This document shows positions 53,001 through 64,000 of a stretch of 64,000 bases of DNA, piece by piece. A model generated the notes under the pieces. It worked only from the letters and a program-made list of their open reading frames with translations. It did not search any database and was not told where the DNA came from. Source of the stretch: Batkoa obscura (Eukaryota); NCBI GenBank assembly GCA_030770535.1, contig JASVEC010000010.1, positions 62,001 through 126,000 of the forward strand, read 5' to 3'. Position numbers and translations under genes: made by a program. Each line of letters starts with the position of its first letter. Within the stretch, counting starts at the first letter, position 1.

Positions 53001-55969
53001 ATGTCTCCTGATTTACGCTTTGATAATCAAGTTGTAATTGTAACTGGTGCTGGGGGTGGTAAGTAATTAAAATATTTGCTTTAAATAGCAATTAATAAGT
53101 TATAAGCAGAATGCTAAGTTAAATTTAATAGGACTTGGTCGTGCTTATGCATTATTGTTTGCCTCAAGGGGTGCTAAAGTAGTTGTTAATGATCTTGGAG
53201 GAGGTCGTGATGGTAAAGGAAACAACTCGAGAGCAGCTGATGTAGTAGTTGAAGAGATTAAGAAAGCCGGTGGTGTAGCTGTAGCCAATTATGACTCTGT
53301 TGAAGATAGTGAAAAAGTTGTTGAAACTGCTATCAAAGCCTTTGGTAGAGTAGATATCTTAATCAATAATGCTGGGTAATTTTATTTCTATTATTTATGC
53401 CAATTGCTAACTGTTAAAAGTATTTTACGTGATCGTTCTTTTGCTAAAATGGCTGATCAAGATTGGGACCTTGTAATGAAAGTCCATCTTCGTGGTTCAT
53501 ATAAGATGTCTAAAGCTTGTTGGGAAATTTTCAGAAAGCAAAAGTTCGGAAGGTAATTTAAATATTTGTTGTATTAAACTTTATTCAATCTTTCAGAATT
53601 ATTATGACTGCTTCAGGTGCCGGTCTTTATGGAAACTACGGACAAGCTAACTACTCATCTGGTAAATTATCAGCTTTATATTTGGCTTTATACTAAAATG
53701 TTTCATAGCTAAACTTGCTCTTGTTGCTTTGAGCAACACTTTAGCTAAAGAAGGTGCTAAGAACAATATACACTGTAATGTTATTGCACCAATTGCTGCT
53801 TCACGTCTTACAGAAGATATCATGCCACCAGAGATTCTTGAGGCTATGAAGCCTGAATTTATCTCACCATTAGTAGCCTATTTATGTCATGAAAACACAG
53901 CAGAAAATGGTGGTATATTTGAATGTGGTGCTGGTCAATTTTTTAAACTCAGATATGAGCGTACTAAAGGATGTACTTTTAAAGCAGATTCAACATTTTT
54001 ACCTGGTGCCATCGCCGCAAAATTTGATAAAATTATGGACTTCTCAGAAGCTAATCATCCATCAAGCATTGGAGAAACTGATTGGATCAATCTACTTGAA
54101 GAAGCTAAAACCCTCACAACAAATGAATCTAAAGCTGATATGCGCTTAGATGGTCAAGTTGCCATTATTACTGGCGCTGGAAATGGTCTTGGTCGTGCCT
54201 ATTCCCTTTTATTTGGTAAATTAGGTGCCTCTGTAGTAGTCAATGATCTTGGAAAAACTAAAGATGCTTCCGGAAACCTTGTATCTGCCGCTGATCTTGT
54301 TGTTGAAGAAATTAAGAAAGCCGGTGGTAAAGCTGTTGCAAATTACGATTCAGTAGAATTTGGTGAAAAGATTGTTGAAACTGCTATTAAAGCTTTTGGA
54401 CGTATTGACATTGTTGTCAACAATGCAGGTATCCTTCGCGATCGTTCTTTTGGTAAAATGAATGACCAAGATTGGGATTTGGTTTACACTGTCCATCTTA
54501 AAGGCACATATAGCGTATCTAAAGCCGCATGGCCATATATGCTTAAACAAAAATATGGTCGTATCATTAATACTGCTTCTGCTGTTGGATTATATGGTAA
54601 CTTTGGTCAAGCCAATTACTCTGCCTGTAAATTAGGTATCCACGGTTTGACCCAAACCCTCGCTTTAGAAGGTGCTAGCAAGAATATTAAAGTCAATACT
54701 ATTGCTCCAAATGCAGGTACTGCCATGACCGCAACTATTATGCCACCAGAAATTGTTGAAATGTTGAAACCTGACTACGTTGCACCACTTGTAGCCTTTT
54801 TAGCTCATCCAGATGTACCAGAATCTGGCCAAGTTTATGAATGTGGAAGCTGTTGGATCTCTAGAGTACGCTGGCAACGTACCAAGGGTGCAGGTTTACC
54901 AGTAAATAAGGGAATCGCACCAGAAGATGTTGCTAAGATTTTTGATAAAATCACTGATTTTACTCACCATACCTACCCAACTTCTCTCAATGAATCTGTA
55001 AGTACTATGTATGAAAGCTTCCAAGCACTCTCAGGCGGTGATAGTAATGAATCATCAGAAGATTTAGTTGGTAATATTGAAGCAGCTCTTAAATACCGTA
55101 GTGAAGTAGCTGATTACAGCTACACTCAAAGAGATGTCATTTTATATGCATTAGGATTAGGAGCTAAACGTACTGAATTGGATTTAGTGTATGAAAATGC
55201 TGATAATTTCTTCACGCTCCCTACCTTTGCTGTTTTGGCTGGATTTGAAAATGGTGCTGAATTTAATAAGTTCATCCCTGAATTTAACCCAATGATGTTA
55301 CTTCATGGTGAACAATACTTAGAAATCCACAGTCCTATACCAACTGAAGGCACCCTCAAGACTCAAAGCCGTATTGTTGATGTTGTTGACAAAGGCAAAT
55401 CAACCATTGTAAGTGCTGGTATTGAAATCAAAGATGAATCTGGAAAACTTTTAGCTGATGCTCAATCTACTGTGTTTATCCGTGGTGTTGGTAATTTCGG
55501 AGGTCCAAACAAGGCCAAAGATCGCGGAAGTGCAACCGCTTTAAATACCCCACCTAAACGTGAACCTGATTATACTGAAATTTTAGCTACCCATGAAGAT
55601 CAAGCAGCACTTTACCGTTTGTCTGGTGATTATAATCCACTACATATTGATCCAGCTATGTCTTCAATGGGTGGTTTTAAAACTCCTATTTTACATGGTC
55701 TCTGCACATATGGTATGGCTGGTAAAGCCTTACTTAAAAAATATGGCAGAAATTCACCAAATGCTATGAAATCCATCAAAGCTAGATTCTCAAGTCATGT
55801 TATACCTGGCGAAAAATTATCACTCCAATCATGGATTGATCCAGAAAACAATAAAAAGGTTTTATTTGTTGTTGAAGTATTAGGTCGCCCTAAGAAATCA
55901 TACGCCATTACTAATGCTGCTGTTGAGTTCAATGAACCTGTTCAAGTTCCTTCCTCATCAAAACTTTAA
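53001..55969 (+). CDS. FOX2: Peroxisomal multifunctional beta-oxidation enzyme (two SDR domains plus hydratase-2), PTS1 SKL
   Basis: [22 protein letters not shown], a second [33 protein letters not shown]...ILHGLCTYG, and terminal SSKL*. Four 5' introns. Confidence 0.97.
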
Positions 55970-56006
55970 ATTTCTATCTAAATACATTTTTTATTTAAAG
56001 CTTAAT

Positions 56007-56044
56007 TTGTTTTGTTTTGTTTTGTTTTGTTTTGTTTTGTTTTT
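56007..56044. repeat. (TTTTG)n pentanucleotide microsatellite downstream of FOX2
   Basis: About 7 tandem TTTTG units. Confidence 0.9.
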
Positions 56045-56104
56045 AACTGAAAGTGATCTAAATCAAATATATCAACCAAAAGACGTATAAACTATTTATC
56101 ATAT

Positions 56105-56199
56105 GGGGATGTATTTTTGTGTTTAAGAATTTTACTAACAAATTTTCCACTCAAATAGTACTTAAAAAATGGAAAAAGTAAAGTCAAAAAAACATCCCC
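56105..56199 (-). mobile_element. MITE family copy 15 (reverse orientation)
   Basis: ATAT|GGGGATGTATTTTTGTG...AAAAAAACATCCCC|A-ATAT; TSD offset by one base. Confidence 0.9.
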
Positions 56200-56699
56200 A
56201 ATATTAATAGTAAAAATAGTTTAGATATTAAGTTAAACCAATTATTATAATACTAAATTTATAGTAAGTTTTCTTATAAACTCTTGAGTAAAGTTTGATA
56301 AGGGAGTAAGTAATCACTTATTTCATATATTATAGACTCTTGATTAGATAAAGTGACCTTATATAGGTACTAAGTATAAGAAAAGTAACGAAAATAAAGT
56401 ATACTTTTAAAACAGTAATATACTTAATTATAGATATTCAATGTAAAAGATGGGAGTCCTTAAATGATTATTATTTATTTTTGTATGATATGTTTGAAGA
56501 TCAAGTGATAAGTTCAATTAGCTCTAGGTTGAATACACATTTTCCTGTAGCAGAAGGACCATTATTCGAGATTTTAGAAATCCTTTTGCTTTTTGAACAT
56601 AAATTTTATTACCATTCATCTCTTTTATAACATATCACAAAAATTAAAAAATAGAAACGACTGGGCAATCAATGGTAAAAATATTTATGTGAGATTTCA

Positions 56700-58195
56700 G
56701 TAACACTATTAGTAACAAGCATAATTCTTTGAGTATGATTTCAATATGACTTGATTTTTTATTTTCACTTTTATTATCAGTTTTGTGTTCTCCAAAATCA
56801 TGAAACTCCTTTTCTTTAGATATATTAAATTGAATAGTGTGTATAGTAAATTTAATGTGATGAAAGAAATATATAGTACAATTTTTTTAATCACTAACCG
56901 CTGATTATGTGCTTTGATTCTCTGTTTCTAGTAAAATATTATTCATAACTCGAATACTTTTCTCTTTAATTATAATTTGAATGAGAGCTTCTTTAAAATA
57001 GTATGAATTTTTAATTGATCTTCACCTTGCTTAATATCTTTTAATTAAACGTAAAAAAATACCACTTAAAACATAGTGGAACCCTTGTAACTTCAAGTAT
57101 TAAAACTACACTATACCCTTATTATTTATATTAAAAGCAAACAGGGACTGGGAAAGTTTGCATGTATAATACCTAATTAATTTTCTTAACTTCAAAGCCA
57201 GAATATAGGTTCAGTGATATAGGATCCAGCTAATAATAGTACTCTATCACAATAAGAACTTAATATAAAGTAGGTATAAACTCGCTCAATATTCGTCTTT
57301 TTGGACAGCTTTATCAAAGATTGATGCAAGCCTATTATAAATGATATTCTATAGCAGTCGAATTGAAGAAATTATTTAAGCCCATTAATCTATGAAATGT
57401 AAGTTATATCCTATACTAATGTAAGGATTGTCTGTATACTTTATAAATTAAGTTTAATTACATGAGCATTTGAAGCAAACATACAAAGCCTTTCTTCAAA
57501 GTGTTTCTTTAATTCCTTATAATTTCAGTTTTTTCCATAAATAAAAGGTCAGGTTAATAGGATTGTTGCTTTTGATTCAGATGAACGTGAAGGAAAATTG
57601 AATTGTGTTTCCTAACAAAGGAAATGTCGCGTTAACAAATTTGAATCAATCTATTAGAGCTTCTTCTAATATCGGGCCTGATATTGAATTTAATTCGCTT
57701 TGGTACTTCAGGTATAAAGCTTAATCTCGTAGGTTTGAACGCAAATAGAGCTAATTTATCTGTCAATGTAACAAAAAGATTTTTAAACCTTTACTGGGAA
57801 AAAATGGAAATGGATTTCGAGTAAACTTTAACAAATTTTCTAACAATACTTTGAAATTTATCAAAAATTCCTAAAATACTGTATAAAAAACTAAAATCCT
57901 TTGGTAATTTTACTGATTGTAATTTAGCCCTTTTTAATTGAGGTTACTTTGAGTTAAATTTACTATCCTTTATATAAATGAAATTGAGAGCTTCCTTGTC
58001 TTTATATTTAGCTTCGATTTGATGTTTTTTCGATTCATATTCTATATTTTCGTTCTTATAATGTACAATTTCTCTAATAAAAGTATATTCGGTTTTCCTT
58101 TTTATATATCTTGAACATATTGGTAGCAATCTATCGCACTTAACACGACTTCTAAAGCCTTGGCCACATCTATGCTTTTTTTTATTCAAACACAA
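56700..58195 (-). pseudogene. Decayed Zn(II)2Cys6 transcription factor
   Basis: C-GQ-G-FRSRVK-C-DRLLPI-C-SR-Y-IKRKTE-Y keeps Zn2Cys6 spacing, but three Cys codons are replaced (GGC, TAT, TAT). No ATG at the start, and downstream frames are broken by stops. 3' limit approximate. Confidence 0.7.
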
Positions 58196-59231
58196 ACTAT
58201 TTCAATCCTTACCTATAGCAAAAATGTATAAAAAAATCACACATCACTACAAAACAACTAGTAACTTCAGATACCTCATTTAGTACCCAATTAAAAAGTA
58301 AAACCCACATATATAGGGTTAGTATCAGTTGTCCATTTAAAATACTGCCCATTAAATCAAAATTAAACAACCACTATTAAATTTTGGAATTATTTCAATT
58401 CTAGAAGAGCATTTAAACTAATTGGTTGTTTTTTTGAATGTATGCTTATAGACACTATCTTTTACTTTGTGCTATATATATAGTATTTGGACTTATTTTT
58501 AAATTCAAAGACGATTGAAGTAAAGCATATTTAATGCTAATATTTAATCATTATATCGATTTACTAGACTTTTGATCCTATTTTTATAATTTAGACTTTA
58601 TAGATATTTCAAATCAATTTGATTGTTAATACAGTATGTGATAATAATATGGCACTACTTGATATTTTAATTTAATAGTTTTAAAAAAAACATGAATTTA
58701 ATTACAGCTTTTATGTTTGCTCCTTCAGCTTTTATATTTTCAGCTTCAAGTTAAATACTCAATATTTTATTAATTATCAAAATTTAGGTATAGCTATAAT
58801 AAGCAAGGTATAAATATTTGTATAGTAAGAAAATATGTTAACAAAAATATTTTGAAGCTGTCATTATCTTTACTAAATAAAAAATAAGAATAGATAAAAT
58901 CATAAAAATAGATTGTAAACTTTAACTCTTTGTATAAAAATAAATACACAATGTAAAGTTTTTATGTAATTAAAATCTCTTGTTAAAATTCTACATTACC
59001 ATGTATATTTTACTGTTATGATTATAAATACGAAAAGAAACTACGGAACTCTCTTTAAAGTTTAAAACAACTCTTAAAATAACCAACTAATATAAAATTA
59101 GTTTAATAAAAAAAGTAATCATCAAAACAGTAAAATACGATAGCGATAATAGCATACGAAGTATAAGTAAGTTTTCTGATTGATAGCTTTTTAATAGTGA
59201 TAATAAACAAAAATAAAGAATAACTTCAAAT

Positions 59232-59327
59232 AGGGATGTGTTTTTTGTTTAAGAATTTTATTACAATCTTTCCACTCAAATAGCGCTTAAAAAATGGAAA
59301 AATAATGAGACTAAAAAAAACAGCCCC
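59232..59327 (-). mobile_element. MITE family copy 16 (reverse orientation), 32 bp beyond the ABC transporter stop
   Basis: AAAT|AGGGATGTGTTTTTTG...AAAAAAAACAGCCCC|AAAT; TSD AAAT. Confidence 0.9.
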
Positions 59328-59359
59328 AAATGTTAAAATATAGGAAATTTTTAATTAAA

Positions 59360-62300
59360 TCAAAGTGATTGATTTTGAACCAAGGATGTATAGAAACCAT
59401 TAAGTGCCAGAAGCTCATCATGAGTACCCATTTCTACTTTTTTACCATTCTTCATAACAACGATTATATCGGCATCTTGGATAGTGGATAAACGATGGGC
59501 AATAGTAATTGTAGTTCTACCTTCTGAAGCTTTATCCAAAGCATCTTGCACAACTTTTTCAGATTGAGAGTCCAAAGCAGAGGTAGCTTCATCTAACAAT
59601 AGTAATCTTGGATTACGAATAAGTGCTCTAGCAATAGCTATTCTTTGTTTTTGACCACCTGAAAGTCTACCACCACGTTCACCACATGAAGTATTGTAAC
59701 CATCTGGGAGATCCATGATAAAATCATGTGCATTAGCCATTTTAGCTACATGGATAATTTCTTCTTTTGTAACATCTCTTTCTGCTCCATAAGCGATATT
59801 ATCCATAACTGAAATATTGAAAAGTACAGGTTCTTGACCAACGGTAGATAATTGACTTCTTAAATAAGGTACATTCCATTCGCCGATATCTTGACCTTCG
59901 ACTTCAAGCTTCCCAGAATTTAGGGTATAGAACATTTGGATAAGCCCAATGATAGTTGATTTTCCAGACCCAGAAGACCCTACTAAAGCTACTTTTTTAT
60001 CTCTAAGTACTTCTAAATCTAAGCCATTTAAGACTTTAGTATTGGGTCTGGATGGGTAAGCGAAATGAGCATTTTTACTTGAAATATTACCATATAGTTG
60101 CTTGCTTTTATTACCATAAGCATCTGATTGATTGATTTTGGGTGTACGGTCTAAAAGACTAAACACTTCATTTGCTGCAACTTTAGATTTAACAAAGGAA
60201 GTTAATTCGCTAGAAGCATACCCAAAAGAATTTCCCATAAACATAATTGCAGTGATCACTTGAAACATATTGTTATAGGTATATTCCTGATTGATTACCA
60301 AGGTGGTACCATACCAAAATAGTAAAGCGTTGATGAAATGGGGGATGCCCATAGCAAATGAGTACCCTATCGCCGATTTAAGATAGCCAATTCTAGAAAT
60401 TCTGTGAGCTTTTTCAACTCTTTCTAAATAGTCCTCGAAGAAAAGATTCTCTCTGTTTAATGAGCTAACAGTACGCTTATTAAGGATAGATTCCATAGCG
60501 AGTTGAGACACTTTTAAATATGCAAGCTTTGTTTTCTCATTGACATCAGATAAAGCGGAAACTTGAACAAGTTGTCCATAAACAGTGAGTGGGGCAGTGA
60601 CTAATGCAACTAAAGTGAGTTTCCACCCACTAGAGAAGGCAATACTCAAACTAGCGATGGCGCAAGACAAAGCACTAAAAATTGGCCCTAAAAATTTGCC
60701 AACCAAACCTTGAACGTTTTCGGCCTCAGTTGATAGTTTACCAGTGATAATTCCAACCGAATTCTCGGGAGCATCATAAAAACCGACTTCTTGAGTTAGT
60801 AAAGAACGAAAACATTTTTTACGAATTTCGTAAGTAAGATACTCTCCTAATGTATTGAAACCAGCGTATCTCATAAAACCAGCAATTAAGCAACCAATAG
60901 CCAATGTTAGAAACATAAGGGACCAGAAGTTGATATTATCCTGTCCTTTCTCTATTAACCCTGGAGTAGTCAAATCAAAGAACGATTGCGTTACATTAGT
61001 AAGAAAAATTGAATACATGGGGAATGCGACACCATCCAATAATGCTCCAATAGCACCGATAAGCCCAAAATACCAATGTGATGATACCATTTTCAAGCAT
61101 CTCATTAACGCCATTGAGACCTTTCCTTTGTTCCTTTTGCTCTCAATTAATTCCTTTGGAAGGGTCTTGACTCGACTTGTCATCTTAAATAAGCCCTCAT
61201 CTAATTCCTCAATTCCATCAATATCCAACACTACCTCCTCTTCACTTGTGTCTTTAATGATTATATCATCACCTTTGGTTGCTTCTTCTTCCCCACTTTT
61301 TCTAATCTCTTGTTGTTTAACTAAGTTGGCATAAGCACCATTGAACTCAATCAACTCACTATGACTTCCTTCTTCAATAATAGTACCCTTATCGAAAACA
61401 ATAATCTTATCTGCTTTCTTAATAGTAGATAGACGATGTGCAATCACAATAGTGGTTCTATCTTTAGCAGCATTATCTAATGCTTTCTGAACAATTCTTT
61501 CTGACTCAGTATCTAAAGCTGAGGTAGCTTCATCAAGTAATAATATAGTTGGATTCTTAATTATAGCTCTAGCAATAGCTATTCTTTGCTTCTGCCCACC
61601 ACTTAATTGAGAGCCACGATCACCAACCATAGTATCATATTGTTGTGGTAATTTCATGATAAAATCATGAATATTAGCTAGTTTGCAAGCACTTACAACA
61701 CGATCATATAATTGCTTAGCATCAGCTTTAAACTCATCATCATTCTTTAAGCCAAATAATATATTCTGTTTAATAGTAGTACCAAACAAACATGGTTCTT
61801 GACCTACTAGGCCAACGTGTTCTTTTAAGAATTTATTCGAGATTTTAGATATATCTATTCCATCTAACAAAACTCTTCCAGATGTTGGGGCATAGAACCT
61901 TTCTATCAATCCAATACAAGTACTTTTACCACTACCAGAATGACCAACTAAAGCAACCGTTTGTCCTTTTGATGCTTCAAAACTAATACCTTTAAGGATC
62001 TGAATATCCATTCTAGATGGGTAACTAAACTGTACGTTTTCAAATGTTATATTCCCCTTTACTGGTGACATTTTAGATTGATTTTTTATATGTTCCTCAG
62101 TCACTAAAAATGGATCAATGCTTGACTCCCTTTCAATGATTTCAAATAACTTAGTAGCAGCACCTTGTGCTGTAGCAACTGCACTAATATAAGGAGAAGC
62201 CATGCCCAATACCATGGAGCCAGTTAACACATTAAAGAATACTGTTAACACGTCGCCGGCCTCTTGTTCCCTGTCATGAATTAATTTGCCACCATACCAC

Positions 62301-63202
62301 ATAGCTAAAGCGTAGCTTGAAAACGTTATAAGCAAAAAGATGCCATTACCTAAGCCCGTAAAAAAGGCCTTACGAAAGCCACTTTTACGAGCTATCTGTA
62401 ATTTATTTTCGTATCTAATTTGTTCCTTTTCCTGAGTGTTAAATGAGTAGATTGTTTTTATAGCTGACAATACTTCTTCAGCTATCGATCCTGCTTCACC
62501 ATATATCCCTTGTCCGCCTTTAGAAGAATCTGCTACCGTTTTGCCTATTAAAATACCAGCAAGTACTAGCAACGGTACTGAGCTTAACATTACTAAAGTT
62601 AATTTCCATCCTTTCATAAAGGCTATAACAAAAGCACCAATAAAACATGTAATATTTTGTATAAGCATCCCAATTTTATCAGATATACCATCTTGTACCA
62701 TATTGATATCACCAGCTATGCGTGAAGCAATGTCGCCTGAGGAGATAGAATCAAACCAACCCATCTCTTGGCTTAAAACTGAATGATAGTATTTATTCCT
62801 GATCCTCACAGCTTGACTTTCACCAACCATTAACCAAAGTGACAACTGTAAGTAAGCAGCAATTGCTGTGACACTTCCAGCTACGACAAACATAATACAT
62901 AAGAAGTTAATTTCGTCTTTCAATGTTGCATCAGCAAGATCTGGGCTGACGGGATAATTTTTTTGATAATCCCCGAATAAGCCAATAAGTTGGGAAAATA
63001 ATAGAAATAAGAAAGGTTGAGATAGACCATTGATAATAGCAGCTAATATAGCTAAACCGATTATTACTTTATCATTTTTTGTTGCAAATTTAAACAGTTT
63101 GAGCAATGGTACATTTGGAGTTTTCGCTTTTTTCTCTTCTAGTTCAATACTCTTTTCATTGACTCTATTTTTACTCTCCTTCTTTTTCTTAGCTTTAAAC
63201 AT
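59360..63202 (-). CDS. ABCB/MDR (P-glycoprotein-like) full-length ABC transporter, 1280 aa, intronless
   Basis: (TMD-NBD)2 architecture; Walker A GHSGSGKST and GSSGSGKST, signature LSGGQKQRIAIARA twice, and Walker B LLLDEATSALD twice. Confidence 0.97.
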   Translation of the reverse strand: MFKAKKKKESKNRVNEKSIELEEKKAKTPNVPLLKLFKFATKNDKVIIGLAILAAIINGLSQPFLFLLFSQLIGLFGDYQKNYPVSPDLADATLKDEINFLCIMFVVAGSVTAIAAYLQLSLWLMVGESQAVRIRNKYYHSVLSQEMGWFDSISSGDIASRIAGDINMVQDGISDKIGMLIQNITCFIGAFVIAFMKGWKLTLVMLSSVPLLVLAGILIGKTVADSSKGGQGIYGEAGSIAEEVLSAIKTIYSFNTQEKEQIRYENKLQIARKSGFRKAFFTGLGNGIFLLITFSSYALAMWYGGKLIHDREQEAGDVLTVFFNVLTGSMVLGMASPYISAVATAQGAATKLFEIIERESSIDPFLVTEEHIKNQSKMSPVKGNITFENVQFSYPSRMDIQILKGISFEASKGQTVALVGHSGSGKSTCIGLIERFYAPTSGRVLLDGIDISKISNKFLKEHVGLVGQEPCLFGTTIKQNILFGLKNDDEFKADAKQLYDRVVSACKLANIHDFIMKLPQQYDTMVGDRGSQLSGGQKQRIAIARAIIKNPTILLLDEATSALDTESERIVQKALDNAAKDRTTIVIAHRLSTIKKADKIIVFDKGTIIEEGSHSELIEFNGAYANLVKQQEIRKSGEEEATKGDDIIIKDTSEEEVVLDIDGIEELDEGLFKMTSRVKTLPKELIESKRNKGKVSMALMRCLKMVSSHWYFGLIGAIGALLDGVAFPMYSIFLTNVTQSFFDLTTPGLIEKGQDNINFWSLMFLTLAIGCLIAGFMRYAGFNTLGEYLTYEIRKKCFRSLLTQEVGFYDAPENSVGIITGKLSTEAENVQGLVGKFLGPIFSALSCAIASLSIAFSSGWKLTLVALVTAPLTVYGQLVQVSALSDVNEKTKLAYLKVSQLAMESILNKRTVSSLNRENLFFEDYLERVEKAHRISRIGYLKSAIGYSFAMGIPHFINALLFWYGTTLVINQEYTYNNMFQVITAIMFMGNSFGYASSELTSFVKSKVAANEVFSLLDRTPKINQSDAYGNKSKQLYGNISSKNAHFAYPSRPNTKVLNGLDLEVLRDKKVALVGSSGSGKSTIIGLIQMFYTLNSGKLEVEGQDIGEWNVPYLRSQLSTVGQEPVLFNISVMDNIAYGAERDVTKEEIIHVAKMANAHDFIMDLPDGYNTSCGERGGRLSGGQKQRIAIARALIRNPRLLLLDEATSALDSQSEKVVQDALDKASEGRTTITIAHRLSTIQDADIIVVMKNGKKVEMGTHDELLALNGFYTSLVQNQSL

Positions 63203-64000
63203 GTTTATTAATTAAATTTGATATTCTACAATAGAATTTTCACTTGTTTTTATATACACATTTCAGCCACTGAATATAGGGAATATTTGACTATATTCGA
63301 CCTCTTTGAAGTAAACAATTGTAATTCTAAATCCAAGTGCCTATATTCTAAACACCGAAAGTCATAGCCCGAAGGCCAAATTTACCCAAATTTAACGGGC
63401 GACCCTTGCCTAAATTTTCTACAATTCTACTTTAAATTTTCTAGCCGATGAAAAGTTATTCCGGCAAGAGTTCTTTATTATTCTTTTAGCTAATTTTATG
63501 CATATGATAGCTGAAATTGAGCAATAAATAGATGAAAAAGTCTTCCTTATCCTTTGAAATCAACTGGTTATTAACAAAATATTGAAAATGATATATAGTA
63601 GCCTTATATGGCCTTTTTGCCTTATTAAATTAGTACCGATAGTGTAATAAATGATTTCGGCTTCTACAGATCATTATTTTGTTTAAAACCAAAACCCTTG
63701 GTTACTTTGGGAAAAACAATAAAATATCAATCAACAACACTTTAATATGCTCTTGAGATTAGTTAGTTTCAAGGCTTCTTTCTTATCAATTTTACCTTAT
63801 AAGAAACATCTACCAAGTTCAAGATTATTTTTTCAGAGTTAAATATTAAAGTCTTAGTCAATTATGAGAGTTTCATATAAATTCGATTTATTTATAAAAT
63901 CCCTAAAAATTTAAGTATACCATTTAATACTATTAAATATTAAGATCCAAATAGATGGATACACAGCAAAAACCAAAATAAATATGCTAAAGTAACATAT

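Overview
Very AT-rich eukaryotic nuclear DNA with many short (about 43-60 nt) GT-AG introns. Gene content (Kch1, Dsc2, Pcl cyclin, FOX2, fungal MHR/Zn-cluster TFs) indicates a fungus, probably an early-diverging lineage such as Conidiobolus/Zoopagomycota (inference). About 27 protein-coding genes were reconstructed by hand: UBP6 (partial), PSF3, DSC2/UBAC2, U1A/U2B''-type RRM, BRO1/Rim20-like, DM9 repeat, CENP-M, two tandem fungal TF-like paralogues, WDR55/JIP5, MRP10, Pcl cyclin, NTF2-like, GlcNAc-6-P deacetylase, Kch1, transketolase, Cys-rich surface protein, Cwc23-like DnaJ, short COG3, small hypothetical, EndoU, two convergent PAP2 phosphatases, LETM1/MDM38, FBP1, FOX2 and an intronless ABCB/MDR transporter. 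There are also two decayed loci. Highlights: (1) a ~98-bp MITE family with 16 copies, GGG...CCC termini and copy-specific 4-bp TSDs (Sola-like), densely clustered at 37.5-39.7 kb around a probable solo LTR; (2) a spliced CENP-M pseudo-GTPase gene, only partly captured by the ORF track, which keeps a P-loop-like GxxxxNKT; (3) exact loss or gain of two introns around a 13-nt micro-exon between tandem paralogues. All family assignments come from recognising motifs by eye; no database searches were run. No tRNA, rRNA or CRISPR array was seen.
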